Below, one piece after another: positions 20,431-28,458 of a DNA stretch of 64,000 bases (positions are counted from its first letter, which is position 1; every line of letters starts with the position of its first letter). The DNA is taken from positions 736,001-800,000 of the forward strand of contig CAXXJJ010000001.1 of the NCBI GenBank assembly GCA_963667015.2. The letters run 5' to 3'. A program made the translations under genes and the position numbers. The notes beneath the pieces were generated by a model. It had not been told where the DNA came from. It ran no database searches and worked only from the letters and a program-made list of their open reading frames with translations. This stretch comes from Desulfatiglandales bacterium. Its GTDB lineage: Bacteria; Desulfobacterota; DSM-4660; Desulfatiglandales; HGW-15.

Positions 20431-20835
20431 ATGTCCTATAAGGTTACCCCGATAGGTTTTATAAGATCAGAAAAAGAATTCACATCAGTTGAGATATTAC
20501 CAGCCTATGAAGAAGCTGTCCATGGGCTTGAGCTCTATTCCCATATAATTATTCTTTTATGGTTCCATAATAGCGATAATGAATCCGACCGGCAGCTTCT
20601 AAAGGTACATCCCAGGCATAATAAAAAGAATCCTTTAACAGGAATATTCGCCACGCGATCGCCTGTCAGGCCTAATCCTGTGGCGATATTTATCCCTTCT
20701 ATTATTTCAATAGAAAGGAATGTGATAAATATAAATAGTATTGATGCCTTTGATGGCACTCCCGTAATCGATATCAAGCCATACATCCCGTCACTTGATT
20801 CTATTCCGGAGGCTAAAACTCCAAAGTTTTTATAG
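20431..20835 (+). CDS. tsaA: tRNA m6t6A37 methyltransferase TrmO (TsaA) domain protein
   Basis: PIGFI, GIFATRSPVRPNP, DAFDGTPVIDIKPY; RBS AGGAG before ATG 20431. Confidence 0.88.
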   Translation: MSYKVTPIGFIRSEKEFTSVEILPAYEEAVHGLELYSHIIILLWFHNSDNESDRQLLKVHPRHNKKNPLTGIFATRSPVRPNPVAIFIPSIISIERNVININSIDAFDGTPVIDIKPYIPSLDSIPEAKTPKFL

Positions 20836-21006
20836 ATGTTTGAGAATATAATCCTGATTTTTTTATTTTTTACTTCTAAAAAATTTATTTTATGTATTAC
20901 GTAATTGACTGTTTTTAAGTGTAGGATATTGTGATGGAAAGCTATTAAGAAAAGATATCGATGGTCATCGTCAATTTTTAACAAGGATAATTAGGATTGA
21001 TAAGGA

Positions 21007-21022
21007 GGCCCCTAAAGGGGCC
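21007..21022 (-). terminator. GC hairpin at the 3' end of the small-protein mRNA
   Basis: GGCCCC-TTTA-GGGGCC on the minus strand, followed by TCCTTA; no strong U tract. Confidence 0.45.
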
Positions 21023-21045
21023 CACCGAAACCAGTAAAATAAATG

Positions 21046-21228
21046 TTACTGATGATTTCTATACTTAAGAAAAAATTTAAAGTTGTTTTTTATTAAAATA
21101 ACCACGATTATTTTTAGTTTTTTTAATAGATAAAATCCGACAAGAATAATGATAATAAAAATAATGTAACCAGAATGTCCGTTCTCATTAGCGATATATT
21201 TAATAATCGTTCCTAATATCTCTTCCAT
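21046..21228 (-). CDS. 60-aa hydrophobic, C-terminally basic membrane peptide; candidate type I toxin
   Basis: AGGAGG SD at 21235-21240; hydrophobic stretch YIIFIIIILVGFYLL followed by K/R-rich tail. Confidence 0.7.
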   Translation of the reverse strand: MEEILGTIIKYIANENGHSGYIIFIIIILVGFYLLKKLKIIVVILIKNNFKFFLKYRNHQ

Positions 21229-21301
21229 ATTAACCCTCCTCTTGGTTATAAGGAAGGCTGAATCCGTATAAAAAGGTTTTAGGGCGGAAGAAACTATTGG
21301 T

Positions 21302-21329
21302 TTGACATTTATCTCAACTCAAATATAAT
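21302..21329 (+). promoter_or_regulatory. Consensus sigma70 promoter for an antisense RNA
   Basis: TTGACA (21302-21307), 16 bp, TATAAT (21324-21329); no plus-strand ORF follows. Confidence 0.7.
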
Positions 21330-21334
21330 AATAC

Positions 21335-21427
21335 CCTTAACCTAATAGAGGGCATTCAGCCTTCTAGTGGAAATTGCGAAAATCCCGTTTAATGGTTTCC
21401 AGGCCCTTGGCGGGATTTTCCATTTTT
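21335..21427 (+). ncRNA. Candidate ~90-nt antisense RNA (type I antitoxin)
   Basis: Lies between the consensus promoter and the hairpin GAAAATCCCG(21378-87)/CGGGATTTTC(21411-20) + CATTTTT; antisense to the leader of the 60-aa ORF; ends approximate. Confidence 0.6.
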
Positions 21428-21543
21428 ATGTTTCTGTTTCTAAATATTTAAATTAAAATCATACTTATTTCTCAGTATTGATTAGAATATAATGATAGCC
21501 TGATTTCAAACAATATCCTCATTTTATATTTAGCTATCAGTGT

Positions 21544-23502
21544 CTAGATACCCTGAACAAGCTGATCAACAGATACTATAGATCCATATTTTTCCTTAAA
21601 GGCCAGAAGACCTTTCTTTTGTTCAGCATATATATCAAAGAGTTTCTGCGGAATATTTTCCTCTTTCCTGTATTCTTCTTCCTGAAGATCAATACGGGAG
21701 ACAATGTTATCTATATAGAAGGCGAACTGTTTATTGTAGAGTTCCACAGGATAATCCTTGTCTATTTCGCTGAAAAGTTCTTTCAGGTCCTCATATTTCG
21801 GGATAAATCCTATTGGTGTATCAATAGCCTCCACATCACCGTTTGCCCTCTTTTCAAGCCATCCCAGCCAGACCTTGACGTCGCGTTTTTCGCCCAGCAG
21901 ACCGTTTCCTTCTCCACCCCTTGCACTGTGGGTGAGAAAATAGTTGAGGCCGGACATTATAGGTTTCTGTTTTAATTTTGAAGAATTGAAAAAGACAAAC
22001 TGGGCATTCATGTAATCTGCCAGGGGGCCGGGTATAAAAGGCTGATTTGCCCAGGGCTGTCTTCTCACACCGGAAACACCTACCTCGGTTGCAGTTGCCG
22101 CAGACAGTACTGATGCCCCGATTATTACACCCTGATCAGGATTTTTTGCCACCCATACAGGGGGCATGGTATCTGCATCACGTCCGCTGTAGGTTATCAC
22201 CTTGACCTCAACACCATCCGGATCTTCCCCGGCCACCGGGTTATAGTTACCTATTTCGGTGTTGGAAAGTGTACATCTTGAATTTGGATGACTCAGTGGT
22301 ACAGGTTTTCCGTTCTTATCGGTCTTACCCTCAAACCATTCTCCCTGGAAGTTAATACCCTTTTTGGGGGCCTCTTCCCCGTTTCCCACCCAGTGGGGCA
22401 CGTTGTTTTCATCTATAAGCACGTTAGACCAGATAACCTCGGCACCTTCTTCTCTCAGGCATTTCATGAGATAGGGGTCTCCTTCGCGGTTAACATCCTG
22501 TACAATTCCGAAAATACCGCATTCCGGGTTTATGGCCCTCAGTGTGCCGTCTTCGGCAATCCACAACTGGGCCAGGTCGTCACCAATAAAGTCGGTCCCC
22601 ACCATGGCGGTGGTTGTTTTTCCGCAGCCGGATGGGGCTGCCCCGGCAAAGTAGGTTTTCCTGCCGTCCCTGCCTGTCATACCGGTAATGAACATATGCT
22701 CGGAAAGTTCTTCTTCTTTGTAGTAATATGTTGCCAGGTCAACTGCAAAGCGGTGATTCCCCTTTTTAAGGAGCAGTGTATTTCCGGCATAGGTGCAGAA
22801 CATTGAATATGTCGTAAGCCAGCTCCTGTCCATATATACCCGGGCATTTGGTAAGTCTTCAGGTCTGTTTGGGCCCTCACTGTGGACGTTTGTAAGCATA
22901 TAGCCCTTTCTTGCGACCTCTTCATCAAATTTCTCATAGACATTCCTGTACAGAATATTACCTGAATGCATAACATAGGTTGATGTAGTCATTTCTATTG
23001 CAGGAAGTGCAGCCGGCGCCCCAACAGGTCCCCTGCTGAAGAAACCTATAAGCAGGGTCTTACCCTTTCCAAGGCCTGCCATATATGTCTTTATATGTTC
23101 CATTGCATTGTTTCTTGCAACTTTTTTAGCCAGGGTACTGGTACTTTCGTCTTCATTGACTATGTAGAATGTCCTGTCAACAATCCTTCCCTGTTCTTCG
23201 GCCAGATCAAAATGGATAGTATGGTCTTTCATGGCAAGGGGTTTTTCCTCTCCCTTTTCAAGACTCATCTCTCTGATTTTCTGAATATCGGCTTCGTTTC
23301 CTGTATTCACAAAGACTGCATCGGGCCTCATCATTGAGATGGCATTCGCAATTTTCAGGCGGGCATCTTCATTCGTTATTTTAGTCAGTTTAGAAATAGT
23401 ATCTTTGTCACAATACTTATTGAAGACTTCTTCGGCTTCCTTCAGGCTGCTGATTCCACCTATTGTAGAAAGGATATCAGCGCCCTTCTTGAGTTCTAAC
23501 AT
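21544..23502 (-). CDS. pckG: Phosphoenolpyruvate carboxykinase (GTP)
   Basis: YAGNTLLLKK, EHMFI, AAPSGCGKTT, IGDDLA, AINPECGIFG, HPNSR; start at ATG 23502 with RBS GGGG. Confidence 0.9.
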   Translation of the reverse strand: MLELKKGADILSTIGGISSLKEAEEVFNKYCDKDTISKLTKITNEDARLKIANAISMMRPDAVFVNTGNEADIQKIREMSLEKGEEKPLAMKDHTIHFDLAEEQGRIVDRTFYIVNEDESTSTLAKKVARNNAMEHIKTYMAGLGKGKTLLIGFFSRGPVGAPAALPAIEMTTSTYVMHSGNILYRNVYEKFDEEVARKGYMLTNVHSEGPNRPEDLPNARVYMDRSWLTTYSMFCTYAGNTLLLKKGNHRFAVDLATYYYKEEELSEHMFITGMTGRDGRKTYFAGAAPSGCGKTTTAMVGTDFIGDDLAQLWIAEDGTLRAINPECGIFGIVQDVNREGDPYLMKCLREEGAEVIWSNVLIDENNVPHWVGNGEEAPKKGINFQGEWFEGKTDKNGKPVPLSHPNSRCTLSNTEIGNYNPVAGEDPDGVEVKVITYSGRDADTMPPVWVAKNPDQGVIIGASVLSAATATEVGVSGVRRQPWANQPFIPGPLADYMNAQFVFFNSSKLKQKPIMSGLNYFLTHSARGGEGNGLLGEKRDVKVWLGWLEKRANGDVEAIDTPIGFIPKYEDLKELFSEIDKDYPVELYNKQFAFYIDNIVSRIDLQEEEYRKEENIPQKLFDIYAEQKKGLLAFKEKYGSIVSVDQLVQGI

Positions 23503-23819
23503 AACTTCCCCCTTTATGGTTATTAATAGTTTCAGCTTTGCCCAGGAAAGAAAACCGCGCCTCATTACGGTTTTGAATGGTAAAGCTAAAAGGTCTTATA
23601 TAATCATCGGTTATCGATTCTAAAAAGTATAAAAAAAAATGATGTTTCGAGTCAACTATAATAAATCAGGGTAAAATCCTGCTGTGAGTTAATAAAATAC
23701 CGATTTCAAAAGATCTGTTCATATCCATTGTAGAGGGAAAATATTAATTGGTTGACCGGCGTTAAAAAATAATATTTTATATTCAGCATTAAAAAGAATA
23801 GATAAAAAGGAGAATTTCA

Positions 23820-25031
23820 TTGGAATCTAATATAATATCCTTTTCTGAAGGAAAGCTTATTGTCCCCGACAAACCTGTTATTCCATACATAGAGGGCGAC
23901 GGGATTGGTCCTGATATATGGAAGGCAGCTTCCATGGTGATAGACCGGGCAGTGGAAATCTGCTGGCACAGCAAACGAAAAATAGAGTGGAAGGAAATAC
24001 TGGCCGGTGAGAAGGCCTATAATAATACCGGTGAATGGCTTCCTGAAGAAACTCTTGATGCCTTTAGAGAGTTCCGGGTGGGTATAAAGGGGCCTTTAAC
24101 CACTCCTGTGGGCGGAGGAATCAGGAGCCTTAATGTGACCCTTAGGCAGGTTCTGGATCTTTTTGCCTGTGTCAGGCCTGTAAGGTATTTTCCGGGGGTA
24201 CCAAGCCCCGTGAAGGAACCTCAAAGGGTAAATATGGTGATCTTCAGGGAAAATACAGAAGATGTCTACGCAGGCCTGGAACTGGAATCCGGCAGCGGTG
24301 AAGTTAAAAAGCTGATAGATTACCTTAATGACGAATTCGGGTGGAAAATACGTTCCGACTCGGGTATCGGGGTAAAACCCATAAGCAAGACCGGGAGCCT
24401 GCGGTTGATAAAGGCAGCAATTGAATATGCAAAAAGGTATCATCGTTCAAGCGTAACCCTTGTGCATAAGGGAAACATACAGAAATACACAGAGGGGGCC
24501 TTTAGAAAGTGGGGTTATGAACTTGCAAAGGAGGCATATCCGGAAGACACCGTGGCATGGGATGACTTTGATGAAAATACCACGGATAACAGGATACTCA
24601 TAAAGGATGCTATTGCAGATATCTTTTTCCAGCAGGCCCTTACGCGACCTGATGAATTCGATGTAATTGCAACAATGAATCTGAACGGGGACTATATATC
24701 CGATGCTCTTGCTGCCCAGGTCGGAGGGATAGGTATGGCTCCCGGTGCAAACATTAACTACGAAAACGGTTATGCAATATTTGAGGCTACCCATGGAACA
24801 GCGCCTAAATATGCAGGCATGGACAAGGTAAATCCCGGGTCTCTGATCCTGAGCGGAGCGATGCTTCTTGATTATATCGGCTGGTCCGAGGCTTCAAAAA
24901 GAATAGAAGCCGGTCTTGAAAAGACATTTGCATCAAAAAGGGTTACCTATGATCTTGCAAGGCTGATGGATGGAGCAGAAGAGGTTTCATGTTCCGGATT
25001 TGCCGGGCTTGTTTGCGAAAATATGGAGTGA
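23820..25031 (+). CDS. icd: Isocitrate dehydrogenase (NADP+)
   Basis: [67 protein letters not shown]. Confidence 0.97.
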   Translation: MESNIISFSEGKLIVPDKPVIPYIEGDGIGPDIWKAASMVIDRAVEICWHSKRKIEWKEILAGEKAYNNTGEWLPEETLDAFREFRVGIKGPLTTPVGGGIRSLNVTLRQVLDLFACVRPVRYFPGVPSPVKEPQRVNMVIFRENTEDVYAGLELESGSGEVKKLIDYLNDEFGWKIRSDSGIGVKPISKTGSLRLIKAAIEYAKRYHRSSVTLVHKGNIQKYTEGAFRKWGYELAKEAYPEDTVAWDDFDENTTDNRILIKDAIADIFFQQALTRPDEFDVIATMNLNGDYISDALAAQVGGIGMAPGANINYENGYAIFEATHGTAPKYAGMDKVNPGSLILSGAMLLDYIGWSEASKRIEAGLEKTFASKRVTYDLARLMDGAEEVSCSGFAGLVCENME

Positions 25032-25147
25032 TATCTTTTAGTATATAAAATAAATGTATCTGATTTCCGAAAACGGTCTTTGATTTCCGGTGCGATCTTT
25101 GCGATAATACTAACCCAGTACTTCTTCACAAAAAGGAGGCGGATGCC

Positions 25148-25597
25148 ATGTCGGACGGTTTAAACGTTATTATTGTTGATGATAATAAAGAGGTTTGCCA
25201 GGTCGTATTTGATATTATCAAAAGATTTTATACATGGGGTGAAGTCATCGCCTTTACTGATATTGAAGAGGCGATTGTATACTGCAAAAGTCAGAAATCC
25301 AGTGTTGCAATTTTTGTGGTTGATGTATTCCTGAACAATTCTACCGGTTTTATCTTCCTTGACAGCATTTCCGACAGATATCCCATGGCCTATGAGGATG
25401 CCATAATGATGTCAGGCAATGCAAGTGATGATGTTGTTAATATGTGTGTGGCGGCAAACATAACATACCTGCTTGAAAAACCCGTTAAGGCCTATGCACT
25501 GCAGCTTGCAGTGCGGGCAATAGTCAACAAGTATATCAATTTTGCCAAAAGACTGATAGACGACCCCGATTTTGCAGAGGATATATATAATTTTTAA
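25148..25597 (+). CDS. Single-domain response regulator receiver
   Basis: IIVDDN, VVDVFL, MSG, LEKP. Confidence 0.85.
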   Translation: MSDGLNVIIVDDNKEVCQVVFDIIKRFYTWGEVIAFTDIEEAIVYCKSQKSSVAIFVVDVFLNNSTGFIFLDSISDRYPMAYEDAIMMSGNASDDVVNMCVAANITYLLEKPVKAYALQLAVRAIVNKYINFAKRLIDDPDFAEDIYNF

Positions 25598-25797
25598 AAC
25601 TGGATAAAGCACTCTATATGAATTAATGCATGCATAAAAAAATGTGCATCATGCACATGATATTGTGCACTCCAAATGTATTTATTTTGAAATTAAACCA
25701 GCCTAATACCTATCCCGGAAATATAAGCTCTTAATAACTACCTGTTATTCTGGCGGATACACGGTTTTATAAATAATAGATAGTAATCATCTTACTA

Positions 25798-25813
25798 TGG
25801 CATGATGCTTGTA
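25798..25813 (+). promoter_or_regulatory. Possible sigma54 promoter upstream of the ParB-MTase gene
   Basis: TGGCAT-GATGC-TTGTA; -12 element deviates (GT instead of GC). Confidence 0.35.
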
Positions 25814-25889
25814 TTATACATGTTTGGCCTTCCATGTTTTATAACCATAAATAAATATCATTTCACGTAAAAAAATACAGGTGATTGCT

Positions 25890-27302
25890 ATGGGCAAAGT
25901 GCACACTATTAAAATTGAAAATATCGTTCTGGACAGCAGTATTTATCCACGTAGCAGCATAGACCATAAAAGGGTGTCTATGTTTGAAGAAAACATGAGG
26001 GATGGTTTTGAGTTTGATCCAATTCATCTGCAGGCGCATCCGAATGAGCCGGGAAAATACCGCATCCTGGATGGAGCCCATAGATTTACTGCTTATAAGG
26101 GCATTGGCGAAGAAGAAATTCCCGCACAAATAATAAAGCTCAATGGAACGCATCCTTTGCTGTATGCTGCAAAACAGGCCATAGGGCCGAGGCAGCTTAA
26201 TGATGAAGAGGCCAGAAGTGCTGCAAGAAGGGCATATCAGGATGATCCGAAGTTGAGTTCAAAAGAAATTGCCGGATGGGTTGGCCGTGCAAGAAGAACG
26301 GTAGATGAGTATATCGCAGATTTAAGGGCTGCTTCACAGATGGCACTTGATCTGAAGATATTCAGGATGAATCTTCTTGGAATCCCACAAGAACGCATTG
26401 CTGAAAGTTTGAAAGAAAAAAGAGAACGAATCAGAGATCATTTGGCGAATTTGGCGATGCTGCCAAATCCGCCAAATAGCGATTTAGGAAAAGGGTTTAC
26501 AGTCCCGCAGACTGCTGAAAAGCACGGCTGGCCTGAACCTCTGGTGTGGGCACTGAAATTGGCAGGGAAAAATGACGCCGCCAAATACAAAGAATTACAA
26601 TGGGGAATCAGGGCCTGGGACTACTGGAGCTGGAATGATTGCGACAGAAGATTCGGTGATGACTGGCCCGGAAGAATTCCCGCACAACTCATAGCACATA
26701 TACTTTATTACTTCTCAAAACAGGGTGATCTGGTTATTGATCCCATGGCCGGTGGCGGTGTTACTGCCGACACATGCCTGGCATTCAATCGGCGATGCTG
26801 GAGCTTTGACATGGTGGATAGAACGGATGAAAGACCGGAAATAGAACACCATTTCTGGGACATTAATAATCTCAAATGGCCGGTCAATGGCAAGACAAAA
26901 CCTGACCTTATCATCTTTGACCCTCCCTATTTCAGTAAGAAGGCGAAGGAGTATGAGGAAGAGAGCATATCGAACCTTACAAGGGAAGAGTATATGGACT
27001 TTCTGGAAAGATTTTTCAGTCTGGCCCTTGAGAACAGTAAAAAAGGTACCAGGCTTGTGATGATAAATGCAGACTGGAGAGACTTTCAGGGGACACCTGC
27101 TCTTGAGGAAAATGAGGAAGCAGCCATCCTGATAATTGATTACGGCAATTTGATGAGGAAAGCAGGGTGGGCGGTTACACATGTTATGCAGGCTCCAATG
27201 TCATCAGAGAGGTTCCAGGGTGGCACAGTTGCCGCGATGCAGAAAAAGAAAATACTTGGGGTTACAAGTCGCTACGTTGTAGTTGCTAAAAAACAAGGCT
27301 GA
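25890..27302 (+). CDS. ParB/Srx N-terminal domain + HTH + amino (N6A/N4C) DNA methyltransferase fusion
   Basis: ParB signature ILDGAHRF; HTH-like SSKEIAGWVGRARRTV and PQERIAESL; SAM motif DPMAGGG; catalytic DPPY; ATG 25890 or GTG 25881. Confidence 0.85.
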   Translation: MGKVHTIKIENIVLDSSIYPRSSIDHKRVSMFEENMRDGFEFDPIHLQAHPNEPGKYRILDGAHRFTAYKGIGEEEIPAQIIKLNGTHPLLYAAKQAIGPRQLNDEEARSAARRAYQDDPKLSSKEIAGWVGRARRTVDEYIADLRAASQMALDLKIFRMNLLGIPQERIAESLKEKRERIRDHLANLAMLPNPPNSDLGKGFTVPQTAEKHGWPEPLVWALKLAGKNDAAKYKELQWGIRAWDYWSWNDCDRRFGDDWPGRIPAQLIAHILYYFSKQGDLVIDPMAGGGVTADTCLAFNRRCWSFDMVDRTDERPEIEHHFWDINNLKWPVNGKTKPDLIIFDPPYFSKKAKEYEEESISNLTREEYMDFLERFFSLALENSKKGTRLVMINADWRDFQGTPALEENEEAAILIIDYGNLMRKAGWAVTHVMQAPMSSERFQGGTVAAMQKKKILGVTSRYVVVAKKQG

Positions 27303-27373
27303 AGCTTTTTAGACTGATGGCTGTTAGTAATAGCAGTAAACCTAATAGTCTTCAGCCTTAACCGCTTCAGCCT
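27296..27373. repeat. Palindromic repeat, copy 1 (78 bp)
   Basis: AGGCTGAAGC...GACTGATGGCTGTTAG...CTAATAGTCTTCAGCC...GCTTCAGCCT; supplies the MTase stop codon. Confidence 0.95.
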
Positions 27374-27379
27374 ATTTTA

Positions 27380-27814
27380 AATGCAGATCGGTTCCCGGAG
27401 GATTTTATGTTCCAATTGACAAAAGAAGAATATGAAGGGCTCCTCCAGGCAACCGACTTGAAGTCGCAAATTGCGATTTCAAGTTATGGGCACGGCGGAA
27501 GGAGGAAGGCTCCATATGCCTTCACTGAATATGGGGCAATCATGGCGGCAAATGTTCTCAAAACTTCCAAGGCGATCCACATGAGTGTCTTTGTGGTTCG
27601 GGCTTTTGTAAGACTACGTGAGATGGTAGCAGCCCATAGGGAATTGGCGTTAAAACTCGATGAGCTCGAACAACGTCTCGAAAATCATGATGAAAAAATA
27701 GAAGTAATCTTTGAAGCCATTCGACAACTCATGGCACCACCTGAGAAAAAGAAAAATAAGATTGGCTTCGAAGTTAATGAAGGGGAAATTAAATATGGCA
27801 TGAAAAAAAAATGA
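27380..27814 (+). pseudogene. ORF6N-domain protein, 5'-truncated
   Basis: Frame reads NADRFPEDFMFQLTKEE...LKSQIAISS.GHGGRRKAPYAFTEYGAIMAANVL...IGF. It starts mid-domain right after repeat 1 (in-frame TAA at 27359-61); the usual N-terminal segment is absent. Confidence 0.75.
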
Positions 27815-27833
27815 TTGAGGTGGAGATAAAGAC

Positions 27834-27911
27834 AGGCTGAAGCTTTTTAGACTGATGGCTGTTAGTAAAAGCAGTAAACCTAATAGTCTTCAGCCTTAAC
27901 CGCTTCAGCCT
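27834..27911. repeat. Palindromic repeat, copy 2 (78 bp)
   Basis: Identical to copy 1 except one loop base; shared ATTTTA tail. Confidence 0.95.
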
Positions 27912-27955
27912 ATTTTATTAACAGGCTTCAGACTAATTTCAATGGAGGAATTGAA

Positions 27956-28066
27956 ATGAAATTAATTGAATGGAAAGTGAAAGAGGATGATTATCAGGAG
28001 CAGATTAACATTCCAAGCGAGCAGAGAAAATTAGCGTCAGAAGAAGGAATGAGGAAAGCAGGCTGA
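27956..28066 (+). CDS. 36-aa ORF (MKLIEWKVKEDDYQEQINIPSEQRKLASEEGMRKAG), probably a truncated gene
   Basis: RBS GGAGG; stop codon TGA is supplied by repeat copy 3. Confidence 0.55.
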   Translation: MKLIEWKVKEDDYQEQINIPSEQRKLASEEGMRKAG

Positions 28067-28139
28067 AGCATTATAGACTGAGGGCTGTCAGGAAAATCAA
28101 ATTAAAACTAATAGTCTTCAGCCTTAACCGCTTCAGTCT
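28060..28139. repeat. Palindromic repeat, copy 3 (80 bp, diverged)
   Basis: AGGCTGAAGC...GACTGAGGGCTGTCAG...CTAATAGTCTTCAGCCTTAACCGCTTCAGTCT. Confidence 0.9.
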
Positions 28140-28213
28140 GTCTTCCTGATTCTGAAGGATTCGCATCCAGATTTTGGGTGGGTAGTTATACTTTTAGGGT
28201 TAGAGAATAACAC

Positions 28214-28250
28214 AAGGGCAAATTCGGCTTTGAGAATTTGCCCTTTGTTT
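28214..28250 (+). terminator. Rho-independent terminator
   Basis: AAGGGCAAATTC / GAATTTGCCCTT 12-bp stem followed by TGTTTT. Confidence 0.7.
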
Positions 28251-28458
28251 TAAAATGATAAAAATTCTGTCAATGGTCAAAGGCAGTCTTGACCCCTTTC
28301 CATAACAACGTTCTCATGTTCTTCCACATTCAACCTCATTATTACAGGAGTAGACCTGAACCCTCTGCTTGAACTTACTAAATTTGCAAGCAGTCAAAGA
28401 GATCAGATCTTTATTTTGTAGGATTCATAAAGTGAAGATCTGGTCCTGTTACCTTGAT

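Noticed and set aside
27153..28062. 14-bp identity ATGAGGAAAGCAGG between the MTase 3' region and the start of repeat 3
   Set aside because: Short and purine-rich, and partly explained by the extended stem of repeat 3 (AGGAA/TTCCT); cannot be distinguished from chance.
27296..28139. CRISPR array or canonical integron attC array
   Set aside because: Repeats are ~78 bp and separated by 460 and 148 bp of gene sequence; no cas genes; no RYYYAAC...GTTRRRY ends and no intI in the window.
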